Positions 17,411-31,750 are shown, numbered from the stretch's first letter. The stretch is DNA of 64,000 nt from Eledone cirrhosa (GCA_964016885.1 OZ024743.1:198648001-198712000), one strand, 5' to 3'. Numbers and translations: made by a program. Notes: generated from the letters alone by a model not told the origin.

Positions 17411-17697
17411 CACACAAAAAAAACATATATGCACATACATACATACATGCGTGCATGCATGAATACATACATACATACATACATAGATACACACATACAT
17501 ACATACATACATACATACGTACATACATACATACATACATACATACATACATACATACATACATACATACATACATACATACATACATACATACATACAT
17601 AAAAGTTCTGCGTTGGTGAATAATTTGTTAGATGGTGATTGTTATATGGGAATATATATATTGTTAGGCGACTAGTTAAATATGATTGCTATATAGT

Positions 17698-18260
17698 GTT
17701 AGTTAAATAATTGTTTCTAATTTGGCACAAGGCCAGCAATAACCAGTGCATTACTGGTACTTTATTTTATCGTATTAGTTAAATAATTGTTTCTAATTTT
17801 GGGTCAAGGCCAGCAATTATCCAGTGCATTACTGGTACTTCATTTTATCGACACCGTAATGATGAAAGGCAAAGTCAACGTCGGCGGGATTTGAACTCAG
17901 ATCGTTAAGGGACGTAACTATTCTGGAAAGCATGGCGTCCGACCCTCTACCGATACTGCCAATCCATCTTAAATAGATGTTTCTACTTTTGGCACAAGGC
18001 CAGCAATTATCCAGTACATTACTGGTACTTTATTTTATCGACCCTGTAAGGATGAAAGGCAAATTTAAACTCGGCGCGATTTGAACTCAGAATGGCAAGG
18101 GGCGTAACTCTATACGTCAAAGATGGCGTCAAATCATGGCATTCGACCCTCTACCGATACTACCAATCGATCGAAATAATTGTTTCTACTTTTGGCACAA
18201 GGCCAGCAAATACCCAATGCATTACTGGTACTTTATTCTCCACCGAAATAATGAAAGTTA
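17698..18260 (-). mobile_element. Array of S1 SINEs (partial, full, full, partial)
   Basis: Repeated tttggcacaaggccagcaat...ggtactttattttatcgac...gatttgaactcag...ccctctaccgatactgccaat. Confidence 0.9.
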
Positions 18261-18886
18261 GAAAGTGATATTTGAATGGTTACTATGGAATAATAGTTAT
18301 TGTAAAAAGGGTTGGATATAGATCTTGTGGGGCTCGGGGAACATCAGACTTGGGAGAATCCCTCATATACGAAAAATTAGAATACACAGCTGACCCCGCA
18401 AATTTACATATCAAAGTTAGCTGTCGCAATTAAGTGGAATTGAAAGGTTATACATACAGCTATTAAATATAAAACATTGTACATTATTAAATGTGTGATT
18501 GCTATATAAAGATCGTTAAATAGTAGACGATGGATGAACGTATAACACTGTATATTGATTTCTTTTTACTAATGTTTGCTTATAGATAATTCTGTATAAT
18601 GAAGTAACACACACACATACACAGATACATGGATATCCCACGCATACACATACAACCCACTAAACGATCGTACACATACACAAACATCGTGCGTACAACA
18701 CACTCCAGGAACGCACACATATCCAAACCTCATGCGCCCAAATCACACGCAAACACACAACAATCATATATATACATATATACATTTTCTACACACAAAT
18801 ATCACACGGATACACACACATCATACACACTGCATCATTAATTTTTGAAGAAAAACAAAAAGATAACGTATATATATTCATATATT

Positions 18887-19042
18887 AAGGGTAAATAGTG
18901 ATTTCTGTTACTTTAAAGTTTCGCCTGTTTACCACAGCCGGAATCTCCAGAAAAACAAGACTTATTATTAAGCCTTAATAAAATGAATATTAAAATTTTA
19001 CTTCGGTATTGAGTCCGCTTTTCTCTCCGTCGTCAACCACAT
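18887..19042 (+). mobile_element. PLE-like fold-back insert, family D
   Basis: Imperfect hairpin centred on gtttcgcctgtttaccacagccggaat, followed by the family D tail. Confidence 0.65.
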
Positions 19043-19074
19043 ATGGTTATGTATATATAAATATATACATACGG

Positions 19075-19136
<62 letters not shown>

Positions 19137-19138
<2 letters not shown>

Positions 19139-19274
19139 AAGTATGGCCACGAGGGCAGCGCTCAAGCCGTTTCGACGGCGATTTCTGGAATCCATAAATA
19201 GCCGTCGAAACTACTAAGTATTGAGTACTCCGTAGCGTTATGGTCCATCTGGTTCCTTACCACGACTCCTCCGT

Positions 19275-19277
<3 letters not shown>
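19137..19277 (+). mobile_element. PLE-like fold-back insert, family B
   Basis: gtttcgacggcgatttctgga-a-tccataaatagccgtcgaaac hairpin plus the B tail. (TA)n flanks. Confidence 0.7.
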
Positions 19278-19319
<42 letters not shown>

Positions 19320-19444
19320 CATTTGTTAACATTTTGACTAATATTAAAAACTCCAAGAAAATGTTAATTGTTGAGTGCTTCTAATCTATTGTAAAACTGT
19401 ATTCGTTGAGTAATCAACGAACCATATTAATCTTTGGTCATATA

Positions 19445-19521
<77 letters not shown>

Positions 19522-20144
19522 ATGTGTGTGTGTGTGTGTGTGTGTATCTGTATGTAAGTGTGTGCGTTTCTGTATGTTGTATGTATGTAGATGTATTAAT
19601 ATGTGTATATACACATGCTTACAGATACATATACACACAACAATCATATATATATATATACATATACACACAACAATCATATATATATACACACATACAA
19701 CACACAAAAACATTACATGTATACACACATATTATATACACTACATCATTAATTTTTAAAGAAAAACAAATAGCTAGCATATAATACCTAGCATTATATG
19801 TAGACATACGTATGTATATAAATGCGCGTGTGTTGTATTATGTGTGTGTGTGTTTGTTTCTGTCTGTGTGTGCGTATATAACTACATTTTGTGGATATAT
19901 TCTATAACGGGAAATCGATTGAGTCAGGCAATATTCTGCTAAATTGTTTTGATACACACATACATGCTATACACGCATACATACCATACATACATATCAT
20001 ACATGCATACATACATACATATCATACACATATACATACCATACTTATATGCATACTTACATAACTACATACATGCATACTTAGATACATACATATTTAC
20101 ATACATACATACCTACATTCATATATACGTGCATACGTACGACC

Positions 20145-20525
20145 ATACATACATGCATACGTACATACATACGTGCATACGTACGTACATACATACATGC
20201 ATACGTACATACATACATGCATACGTACATACATACGTGCATACGTACGTACATACATACATGCATACGTACATACATACGTGCATACGCACGTACATAC
20301 ATACATGCATACGTACATACATACATGCATACGTACATACATACGTGCATACGTACGTACATACATACATGCATACGTACGTACATACATGCATACGTAC
20401 ATACATACGTGCATACGTACGTACATACATACATGCATACGTACATACATACATGCATACGTACATACATACGTGCATACGTACGTACATACATACATGC
20501 ATACGTACATACATACATGCATACT
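20145..20525. repeat. (CATA/CGTA) minisatellite with 20/24-bp higher-order units
   Basis: Units gcatacgtacatacatacat and gcatacgtacgtacatacatacat. Confidence 0.9.
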
Positions 20526-20709
20526 TACACACATACAAACAGATAGACACATTTTAAGGAACTACTTCTTAATTTATTGTGTTTTTGTTTGAAATTCAAT
20601 TCAGGAGCTACCACATACACATATATCAATGATTGCATATATACGCTTATAATTATAGACACATATATAAACGCATACAGATACATTCAACATATAAACA
20701 CACAAATCC

Positions 20710-20764
<55 letters not shown>

Positions 20765-20771
20765 CACACAA

Positions 20772-20907
20772 TTCCAGAATTAGCCGTCGAAACGGCTTGA
20801 GCTCAGCCGTCGGGGTCCTACTCGTTCCTATTACCCACTCTACTACCCTAAGTATTGAGCACTTTGGTGCGTTATGGTCCATCTGGTTCCTTACCACTTT
20901 TCCTTCG

Positions 20908-20910
<3 letters not shown>
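20772..20910 (+). mobile_element. PLE-like insert, family B, 3' half of hammerhead
   Basis: tccagaattagccgtc-GAAA-cggct-tgagctc-agccg-TC-ggggt gives an intact stem III and a GUC site. The CUGANGA half is missing. Confidence 0.7.
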
Positions 20911-20959
<49 letters not shown>

Positions 20960-21050
20960 ACAGGGAGAAAGAGACGATTATTAGGAAGAAAACTTTTTTT
21001 TTTTCCTTTTTTAGGCATACATACATAAATATCTATATATTTATTTTATT

Positions 21051-21203
21051 CAGGATAAATAGTGAGTTTTGTTACTATGGAGTTTAACCTGTTTATCACA
21101 GAGCGAAACTCCAGAGTAACAAGAATTACTATTTAGCCTTAAAATGAATATTAAAACACTACTTCGATAAAGGGTACTCATTTCTCTCAGCCGTCAACTA
21201 CAT
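21051..21203 (+). mobile_element. PLE-like fold-back insert, family D
   Basis: aggataaatagtgagttttgttactatggagttt...GAAActccagagtaacaagaattactatttagcct hairpin plus tail. Confidence 0.7.
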
Positions 21204-21399
21204 GCGGATATATATATATATATATATAGATGTGCGTGTGTGGGTGGAGGTGTTTGTGTGCGTGTATGTTGTATGTTTGTAAATGTATTAATATATATAT
21301 GTACATGTTTGCATCAACATCAACTGCTAATACTACACCAGATAGGAAGGGCTTTAACGACGAAATATTTTACAAGGAGTATTTTTCCGAATGTAGTAG

Positions 21400-21960
21400 T
21401 TAAGTAAAACTAAAATGTGGTTCAACCATTCTTATAGCATAACCAATCTATATGGAACCTTCTCATATTTAGATAAACACTTCCTATAATACCAAATATT
21501 TAAGCTATTCTAACAATACAATTTCAAAACAACCCACAGCTGCCAGGATAGCATCTCTTCACAGATATCACAGATATCACACAACATAGCCGGAAACAAT
21601 CTTTTAACCTTAATCAAAGTCTCAACACAGAGACAAATAAGTAATTGCAGACTTACTTAGACATGCCACTTCAATGGTTCATGTCGCCTTAAGAAGTTGA
21701 TAAGAGAAGGATTATAATGCAACATATAATAGACTTAAAAAGCGTCTCTTCAAGATTAGATTCAACAAGGATACATTCAACTTCATATTAGAGATATAAT
21801 CATCATCAACTCCCTGTCCCATCCTAAAAAACAGTAACCTGAAAGATGGTGGATTTGAAATCGAGTTTCTAGCGTAATGAATAATACCATGCACCAATTG
21901 AACTAAAAGGTTATACCTATCTGATGAACTATGGTCACCCAACAGAAAAAAAATACTAGT
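21400..21960 (+). pseudogene. Decayed Penelope-like ORF (RT-endonuclease linker and GIY-YIG region)
   Basis: Frameshifted motifs in the expected order: WFNHSYS (WFNPPYS), LDKHF, FKLF*QYNFKTTHSC, SNCRLT*TCHFNGSC (CxCx5C), FKIRFNKDTFNF, LKD, PCTN*TKRLYL. Confidence 0.7.
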
Positions 21961-22899
21961 TAATACAAACGCAAAAGTTTAAAATTCAAAAACTCAAGAC
22001 CCTCTACGTTTTAATTAATATTTCGTATTGTGCATAATAAGGGAAAGATAGACAACAGCGATATTCTAAGAGGTATTATCTTCTCGTCACCTTTACTAAT
22101 ACAGTTAGATGTCTAGAGTGTTCATTACCTTGATCTCAAATATATATTAAGAGATGGGAGCCAAATCTGACATATGTATACACTCAAAGCTTGTCTGAAT
22201 GTAACTATATATATGGGAAATTGCGTCTGTAAATATCTATGTTGCTATTATATATATATATATATTGAAACAAGGATAAACGTGTGATAAATACATTTAT
22301 CCTTTTACACTAGTTCATATAGACATTTTTTATGTTCTTTATGTATGTTTTTGTATAGATGTTAATATGATGAATTTACATTGATATTCATATCCTTATC
22401 AGTAATTTTGGGAGGGAATAAATGGAATGGTAGATAGATAAAGAAAAGTCTCACACCCACTAGTCATGAGAAACAAAACAATCTGAATGATAAATAACAA
22501 CATAGTCACATATGTAAATTCTCATCAATTCTCGCATATACATAAATATAGAATGGTTGATAAAAATTATACACCAAAAGATAGTTTGATGCATTCTTGC
22601 AGCCGAAAAAACACGACGCACTCATATAGCATCACTAATAGCGTTTTGCAACATCCTGCAAACTATAAAGCAACATGGCTACCTCTGAGTTCCAAGCATA
22701 AGGACTTGATTGCTTATGCCCTTTCATACAGCAGTAGCATAATCGCTTTCAAAATAACTTGCTCTTTTCACTCTTCTTGCTATCTCTTGGATTATGCACT
22801 GCTGCGCAGCTTTCATTCAAACATCCCATCGAAATGCGTCTTCAAAAGCTACCAATTTCACCCATGTTTGATGTGGGTGTTTAGTGATCAACTGATAGG

Positions 22900-23475
22900 A
22901 GACTGGAACTTTCTGTAAAACTTGACTCATCCTTCGACTCAGTCCAGATTTCTGATAACATTGAGACTTTCTATAAAGCGCTCAATGATGCTACCTATGC
23001 AGTTCCTGTAGACATCTTAAGATTTCCTATGAGAAAATCCCAGGACTATTTTGATGAAAGGTAACTCAGATGTCAATCATGGCGTCCAGTGTTAAGGCAT
23101 GGGAGGACGTTGGAGTTAAGCTGGAATCTGACTTCAGATCAGCAAATAAAGTGTTCTGGCAGACTATCCACCGACTTCGTAATAAGAAGCCCTTCCTTCA
23201 CACCTGCTATCAAGAACGAGTGTGGGTTTATCCACTCTTCAAAGAGGTTCATCCTCGTGAGGTGGAGAAAATACATTGTTGATCTTCTAAACCCGATCAC
23301 AACAGCATATTCTGGTGTACATGAAGTGCATCTGTGAGCGGTGACTAATCTCTCAGAAGTTGGGGACACAAGAGCCGTTAAAGAGTTCAAATGTGGCAGT
23401 GCCGCTGGGGAAGATGAAATCCGGCCCGAAATGTTAAAAGCCTTAAATAGGGTGGCCTGGATCATTGGAGGGTCA
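22900..23475 (+). mobile_element. Decayed RTE LINE endonuclease-RT linker fragments
   Basis: RKSQDYFDE; WEDVGVKLESDFRSANKVFWQTIHRLR; RWRKYIVDLLNP; AVKEFKCGSAAGEDEIRPEMLKAL. Confidence 0.8.
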
Positions 23476-23700
23476 CCTAAGCAAATATAAACAGTTACAG
23501 AAGTAAAATATATTTATTCTGTATAACAGAAAAAAGACATAAAGAGCCAACGTTGCGATAATATACCTTTTTCCTAAAAGCCTGTTAGATATATAGCTAT
23601 AAATGTTGAGTAGCATATAGGTATATGATGAATATGTCAAAGTCAAATGTGTATATTTCAAAATTGCAGTCGTATTATGATAATATAAATCACTAAATAC

Positions 23701-23765
<65 letters not shown>

Positions 23766-24309
23766 GCTCTCTCTCTCTCTGTATATATATATATATATGA
23801 ATATATATATACACATATACATACGTATATACATGTATGCATACATACATACTAGACATACATAAACATTCCCGCCTACACATACGCACATGCACACATA
23901 CCCATATATGCTCACATAGGCGCATATATATGTATATATGTATATGTTTGCATGAATGTATATTTGTGTAAATGTCTATCATATACATCTTCATTGCAAA
24001 CATACTTTAAATACAGACAGATGAACATGTAAACACGCCCTGTTATAAAACCTTGGTATCATAGAACCAGAGAACTAGAGAACTAGAGAACCAAAGAATA
24101 TGTCAAAGACATAGAACAGTCCTTTTTCTATACGAACGTCAGCTGTTGGCTACAAGCCATATTTTGTAAGAAAAAAGAATGTATCAAATAAAATATAAAA
24201 TAGAATATATAATGAAATCGTAAAAGATGAGAAACATAGATTTTAATGTCCTTTAACCTAAAGAAAAGTAATTTAAGTGGGAAATGTATGATATATTTAT
24301 ATGTATATC

Positions 24310-24341
<32 letters not shown>

Positions 24342-24427
24342 CGCTGGGGAGCGATATAAACAGACAGTTAGATAGATATATACATTAAATGAAACATCAG
24401 TCCTACAGTGAAGCCAGAACCTTTTCC

Positions 24428-24511
<84 letters not shown>

Positions 24512-26762
24512 CTGTGTGTATATGTGTAAGTGTATGTGTCTATAAACAATCTCGATTAAATATAACAATATATGCAAAAGAATTTCAATTTATGCTCCTA
24601 TTTTATGTTTGATATGAACAAAAATGTACAACTACGATGGGTACCAAATTATCCACAAAGTAAGCATATGTAATTCATTAAACATGACAATATATCAGGA
24701 ATAATCACAGTCACATATATAGTGGAAGAATCAGACATATTTCTAAACATTTGCTTTATTTTATGGATTAACATAGAAAAATTACATTAATTTAAAATAT
24801 TACTTAATGGAATGAATTCCGAATGGAGTAAAATGAAGAGAAACTACCATTTTTAGATATTTTAGTAATGAAGATAAACAATCGAATTGAGACAGGAATG
24901 TATTACAAACCAGATTCTAAATATTATTTATTCTTTACTTCATGTTCCCCGACGCACACTAGAACAAATATTCCATTTATTTTAACTAATCGAATTTGCA
25001 CAATTTTGTATAATACAATGACAGGTGATATAATTCTGTAAGTACATAAACATACACTCAACGACAAATGTTAACCACTATCCTTAATAAATAGTTGGGT
25101 ACAATTAGCCAACTTAATTGCTGTTCGGATAATACAACAAAACAAAGCAAAATTACATGACTCAACATGCTTGCAAGTTAGCTTAATACAGGCTGATTCA
25201 ACGCGTGTATTTTGACAATAAAAATTTTCACAATAGATTTATGAGGCCATTTTTCAGAGTCTCTAGGGCTTCAAATTTAATAATTCGCTATTTGTTACTG
25301 TTTTCAACGCCCTGACCTTAAATAATGCCGAATTCACCTTTGTTTCCACCTTTCAGGATCGATATATAAAGTACCATTCCACGGATAATGTATGAGAGGA
25401 CTTTTTAAAGAAGCGGATGGGATGCTTTACGCTATGGGTTTCGCTTGTGTGTGTTGTAAATTTTAATGGGGAAATAATTGTAAAAATTAATAATAATATA
25501 GCCCACAATTCATTTATACTGTGTATATTTGAAAAAGGAACGAATATTACATAATATAGATGCAATTCCAAAAACTAGCGTTGCATAATAGTTTAGGTTA
25601 CTGAGCTCGGAATCCTAAAAACCTGTTCAAATGACGTACAGAGCAGCGCTTTGTGTCTTTGAGAAACACTTAATTTTCACGTTGCCCTTGTTCACTCAGC
25701 AGGAAAATATTAATTGCAATGACATTGGTGCCAAGTTATATCGATTTTTTACACTTTCCCATGGACAACATTAGTATCGTGGAGAGGGAAAATGTCATGC
25801 ATGGGTGACTTGTAGTCTACCACAAAACATACAGCTCAGGCCTCTGCCTCAAACCCATGCCTAGTGATTACCCCTGGAAGCCCCCATCACTCCACTATGC
25901 TTTTTAAAATATGGGATAGTGATTTCTGAAACACCTTTGACGAGAGTTCTACTGCTTCGGGAGAAAATATGCAGGCATGACAAATCAATTTTACTTAGTT
26001 TCTATAATTGTTTTCCGCTTCACTGGAACCAGAATAATGCTTGATAACAAAGTTAATTTCTAACAAATAATAAATCGTCATATATGTGCCATATGTTTTG
26101 ACATTAGGCTGTTGGTACTTTAAACGACTATTGAAAAATACATTGATAGAGTAGCAGGTCACGTGTTATCGTGTTCTAAATTACAAATAGGATGTTAGAA
26201 TTTTCATTCAAATCATGATTATTAATTTCTCGCGTATAACAATCCCTGTAAACGTGAGCATACTTATATAGATGATTGTATGTATACATACATGATCACA
26301 TTTACCTATCTGCCTACCCATTCCTACGTACGTAAAATACTAAATGCCTGCATACATACATACATACATACATACATACATACATGATGGCTGCAACTCT
26401 ATTTCGAGTAATGCCATCGCTTTATACTTAAGCATGAGCATCACGGACATGGCTTTTTAATCCCGCTAGGGTCTTGCCTATAGCCAGCAATACCATGCAT
26501 CGCAAACAAAATCCCTTTGAAGCGATGCCTGTGCTTGAAGCTTTTTTAAGTGAGGAAAGGCTTTGCACGGGGCCAATCCCACTCTCTGAACATCGAATGC
26601 ATTTGCCCTAAAAGAAGAACTGGCTTACATCATTAGATGCAAACAAAGTCGCAGGTTTTATATCAGGGTGCCCTTTTCCTAGACAGATGTTTTAATGAAG
26701 ACTAGGAGTATCTTGCTTCACACACAAAAAAACATACACACACACACACACATACATAATAC

Positions 26763-27368
26763 ATGGTGGCTGCCAACTCGTTTTCGAGTACGGCCACTAC
26801 TTTATATCCATGTAGGAGAACTCCTACCGATGCGCTGAACGAGTGTGACTTTTAGTCCAGCCAGCGACTTGAAAACTCTGGTACAAACACTACACTTGTG
26901 ACAATTATTGACACATAGTGCTGTGCCCATGGCACCATGTGACGACAAGTGCAGAGAGATCTCCAGATATAAACAATGCCTGTGCCGTGAAGCTTTTATA
27001 GTGAGCAAAGGCACTGCACAAAGCCAGTCCCACTCTCTTAACCAAGATGATATTTACCAAAAAGAAGAATAAGTCAACATCATTGGAGACCATCAGAGTT
27101 GCAGGTGTTATATCAGAGTTTTCCTTCTCCTAGAATTCTGCCTTGACAAAGGCTAAGGGGTCATCTCTCCCGGTGATTTTGGATGGCCATTGACTCATAA
27201 GAGCTCCATTGACAGGTTTTGTTTTTAGTCCTGCAGGATCTCCAAAGTCACCCTCCTCACCAAGAAACCTTGGTGGGGTTGCCAGTTTAGTCGCCAACGA
27301 CCCGACCATGAGACAGGTTGTACTGGGATACATGTTACCAGTAGCACCAACTGGTGACCTCGACATAA
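26763..27368 (-). mobile_element. Non-autonomous RTE-derived element N1 (5'-UTR-like part plus 3' end)
   Basis: The 3' part encodes CHKCSVCTRVFKSLAGLK(SH) and ends gagttggcagccacc. The 5' part gggtcgttggcgactaaactggcaacccc...aaaaacaaaacctgtcaa resembles RTE 5' UTRs. Absent from duplication copy 1. Confidence 0.65.
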
Positions 27369-27428
27369 TACATACATACAAAAAGCACATACACACATAC
27401 ATACATACATACATACATACATACATAC

Positions 27429-27469
<41 letters not shown>

Positions 27470-27580
27470 CATACATACATACATAACAGTTCTGCGTTGG
27501 TGAATAATTTGTTAGATGGTGATTGTTATATGGGAATATTTATTGTTTAGGCGACTAGTTAAATATAATTGCTATATAGT

Positions 27581-27988
27581 GTTAGTTAAATAATTGTTTC
27601 TACTTTGGCACAAGGCCAGCAATTACCCAGTACATTACTGCTACTTTATTTTATCGACCCCGTAAGGATGAAATGCAAAATTAACCTCGGCGTTAGTTAA
27701 ATAATTGGTTCTACTTTTGGCACAAGGCCAGCAATTAACCAGTACATTACTGGTACTTTATTTTATCGACCCCGTAAGGATGAAAAGCAAAGTTAACCTC
27801 GGCGTTAGTTAAATAATTGTTTCTAGTTTTGGCACAAGGCCAGCAATTACCCAGTACATTACTGGTACTTTATTTTATCGACCCCGTAAGGATGAAAGGC
27901 AAAGTTAACCTCGACGAGATTTGAACTCAGACCATAAAGGAACGTAACTCTCCTGGAAAGTATGGCGTCCGACCCTCTACCGATACTG
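27581..27988 (-). mobile_element. Three head-to-tail S1 SINEs
   Basis: Units start at 27581, 27692 and 27804, each with gttagttaaataatt. Two are truncated at cctcggc and the third is near full length. Confidence 0.9.
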
Positions 27989-28277
27989 AAAGTTAGAAAG
28001 TGATATTTGAATGGTTACTATGGAATAATAGTTATTGTAATCAGGGTTGGGCAAACAATAGCACACATGCACAAACATCGCGCGTACAACACACTCAAGG
28101 AACGCACACATATCCAAACCCCATACGCCCAAATCACACGCAAACACACAACAATCATATATATACATATATACATTTTCTACACACAAATATCACACGG
28201 ATACACACACATCATACACACTGCATCATTAATTTTTGAAGAAAAACAAAAAGATAACGTATATATATTCATATATT

Positions 28278-28406
28278 AAGGGTAAATAGTGATTTCTGTT
28301 ACTTTAAAGTTTCGCCTGTTTACCACAGCCGGAATCTCCAGAAAAACAAGACTTATTATTAAGCCTTAATAAAATGAATATTAAAATTTTACTTCGGTAT
28401 TGAGTC
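28278..28406 (+). mobile_element. PLE-like fold-back insert, family D (duplicate of 18887)
   Basis: Identical to 18887-19015. Confidence 0.65.
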
Positions 28407-29021
28407 TAGCATGTCTAAAGTGGCTTATATGCCTAAATAGTCTGACTATTTTAATAGTAAAAAAACCTGAATCTAAGCGTCTTACATGAAATGTAGCTAC
28501 AAACATTTAAAATTTAAAATTTCCTTAACGCTTCGTGATTAAGATTGATTCTTAATGTAACTAAATTGAAAGATTTACCATTGTTCCTTTTATCAAAATC
28601 CTTAATACAATAGCGCATATAATCTTACTTTTCAAATGTGCCAATGCTGAAAAAAAGGGATTAGAAGGGTATCGAATTTTAGAAACGAATACTATTATAA
28701 AAGGAATAGACAAACAAATCATTAACGAGAATGTTAACTACTACCAAATTGTGTTCATTGAAAACAGATTCAGTAGCTAAACAAATGTAATTGATCCAAC
28801 GATAGAATAAGTTTTAACTTGGGCGAGGTATCGGAATTTCATATTTAACAGGAACAATGTTTGAAAGTAAAGAAAATATTTATCAGTGCAACCAAAAATT
28901 CATGCAATAACATGGGAAGCATGTGGAGAGCATCATATAGAACACATTAGAAGAATAGTGAGAAAATGATTGACACCATCAAGGCAGAAATTACTGAAAT
29001 ACATGTAAACAGCACTATATA

Positions 29022-29120
29022 TAATATTGTTTCTACTTTTTGGCACAAGGCCAGCAATTACCCAGTGCATTACTGGTACTTTATTTTATCAACCCCGTAA
29101 GTATGAAAGGCAAATATTAA
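29022..29120 (-). mobile_element. S1 SINE 3' fragment
   Basis: ttgtttctacttttggcacaaggccag...gaaaggcaaa. Confidence 0.85.
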
Positions 29121-29570
29121 CAGGATATCAGGAAAAACTAGACAACATTTGGTGAAGTTCGAAGAAACATTTATTTGAAAATAAATTCTCAACACGTGTT
29201 TCAATACAGTTATGCAATCAATTACGAAAGGTGTATTATAGCTTAATCCATGCTTTCGCACTGCATAGTTCAATTCTGCGTGTCATCAGAGAGATCCCGG
29301 ATGTGGTCATATATATATATATATATGTGTGTGTGTGTCTGTGTATAATTATATGTATGTATGATGGTGTATGTATGGTGTGTGTGAGTGCGTAAATGGA
29401 TGGATAGACAGATACATAGAGCAGCACAATAAAGTATGAAATCTATTTACGTTAATCACTGCAGATGCCTCCAGATATATTATACTGTTCTCATTTTAAC
29501 AACTTAAGCTTCCGATTTTCTCAACACACACACACACACACACGCACGCACGCACGCACACACACACACA

Positions 29571-29678
<108 letters not shown>

Positions 29679-29902
29679 CAGAGACAGAGAGAGAGGGGAA
29701 GATGTAAATGTGTGTATGTGAATATTTTTATTTTTACATCATTCTTGCAAATGTCTGAATATTTATCTCTATATAGCAAATATGTTATATACGAATATTT
29801 ATAATAATAATTATATATGTCAAATAATTATGTACGTATATATGTACATTTTTGAGTGTATCTGTGTCTAACTTTAAGTGTGTATGTATATAGGAATGTA
29901 TT

Positions 29903-29942
<40 letters not shown>

Positions 29943-30784
29943 CATACATACATACATACATACATACATACATACATACATACATACATACATACATACA
30001 TACATACATACATACATACACGCATATATATATATATATATATATATATGCATTTATAGATATGTTGTTGAACATGCCTTTCAGATAAGTGCAAGAATGT
30101 TCTGCCTAAGTAAATAGAGATAGTGATAGATAAAAGTCGAATTAGATGCTGATTTGCTTGTATGTAGCGGTCTTTGCTACCTAAACAAACACATGATTGT
30201 GAATGAGTACGTTGATTTCAAGATATGTGTACATAGTTTCAGGAAGATAAGTATTTACATGTCTATATGGAGATAATTCGTGTTCCTTATAGTAATATTC
30301 CTTCATTGACGTTATTCAAAATTCTAAGTGAGCCACTCCATACTCAGTAACCTGCGTAACCTGATTCTTAAACGTGATTTAATATAATAAATAAATACCG
30401 CACCCTTGAAAATCCTCGATGGTTTATTAAATGGTTGTACTTAGTTAAGCTTAATTAGATTATTAACCAAATGAATACAACATTTTCCCAGTGGATAGAA
30501 CATTCAGCGGATATGTCTTCATGTCATGTTCTCTCAACAGCTGGCTGGAAGGATGTACGAACAATTTATTCCATTTCCTACAAACTCATCAAAACATTTA
30601 AAGTAACTTGTAACGAAAGAGATATATTTTTTCAGTAATCTAATATATTTTCATGGAAATACTAAATCGATAGACACGTTCAAAATCGTAAAGGAGGCAA
30701 TTACAGATGGACACTTACATCATTCGTGGATAAGAAACAGGTAATTTATATACTCAGTAACATGCCTTCTCTTCTTCTTTTTCT

Positions 30785-31188
30785 ATTTAGCCCACTTATT
30801 CCTGTGAGGATCATGGGGGCAGATTCCTCAAACATTCTCTTCAGCGGGTCGTGTTAGAAGCAACTCTCTCCAACTGATCCGGCTGGATCACCAAGCGAGA
30901 ACAACCAAGCTCGTGGATATTATTCAACCATCTTGCTCGCGGTCTACCCCAGGGTCTCTTGTCAGTTTGTTTTGCCCGTACAATCTGTCCAGCGATTCTT
31001 TCCTGAGACGTTCCAACCACATACCAATTTTATCGCAGCTGTGATCTCTTAATTCGGAGAAGTAGCAGCTCTACCTGGAGTGAATCTCTGATCTCCGAGC
31101 TACAAATTCTATCGAATAACATTAATACAAAACCCTTCGTAGGAACCCCATTTCGCATGATTTTATTCGCGATCATATTCTTTCGCTC
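30785..31188 (-). mobile_element. Decayed RTE LINE 3' fragment
   Basis: Minus strand gives RICSSEIRDSLQVELLLLRIKRSQLR and GRPRARWLNNI. Confidence 0.7.
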
Positions 31189-31210
31189 ATATATATATAT
31201 ATATATATAT

Positions 31211-31366
31211 TAAACCAGAGTAGAATCGGATGTAACCACAGTAAAGAAGGTACTCAATACAAAAGTAGAGTGACGACAGAGGTTTATATAGAAAAGGCTT
31301 CTACAGGACTAGAAATGTTTCATTCGTATGTAAAAGCTCTAGACCTAAAGAAGCCTTTTCTATATA
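31211..31366 (-). mobile_element. Old fold-back insert with PLE-like tail
   Basis: Hairpin at 31285-31366 (tatatagaaaaggcttct/agaagccttttctatata) plus gtactcaatac at 31250-31260. Confidence 0.5.
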
Positions 31367-31611
31367 GCCCCCCCCCTCTATCTATCTTTCTCTCTCACTC
31401 TCTTTCTCTCTCTCTTTCTCTTTCTCTCGCTCTCTCTCTCTCCACACACACACACATATATATATATCTACTACCCTAAGCATCGAGTACTCCTGTGCGT
31501 TATGGTCCACCTGGTTTGCTACCACAATTTCTTTGTTTTATATATATATATATTTCTTTTCTGAATTTGTTTAGCAAGATTCTTTATCTGAAAACGTGTG
31601 TTGAAACCGAT

Positions 31612-31750
31612 ATTGTTATAATTTGGGAGGGTCATGTTGCCAATAAGAAACACACGCACCAACAGATTCACTTAAATTTATTATAATAAATTGAAGTGAA
31701 AGCAACTGGTGCGTGTGTTTCTTATTGGCAACATGACCCTCCCAAAGTAT

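Larger units (their letters stand above)
15965..19015 (+). repeat. Segmental duplication, copy 1 (partner 25255-28406)
   Basis: Collinear near-identical unique sequence, e.g. 16340-17425 vs 25640-26735, 17603-17720 vs 27487-27600, 18678-19015 vs 28070-28406. Confidence 0.95.
25255..28406 (+). repeat. Segmental duplication, copy 2
   Basis: See copy 1. This copy has an extra N1 insertion and lacks ~18316-18670. Confidence 0.95.

Noticed and set aside
30492-30740. Possible plus-strand exon (cccag|...aacag|gtaatt)
   Set aside because: The frames examined contain stops and give no recognisable peptide.
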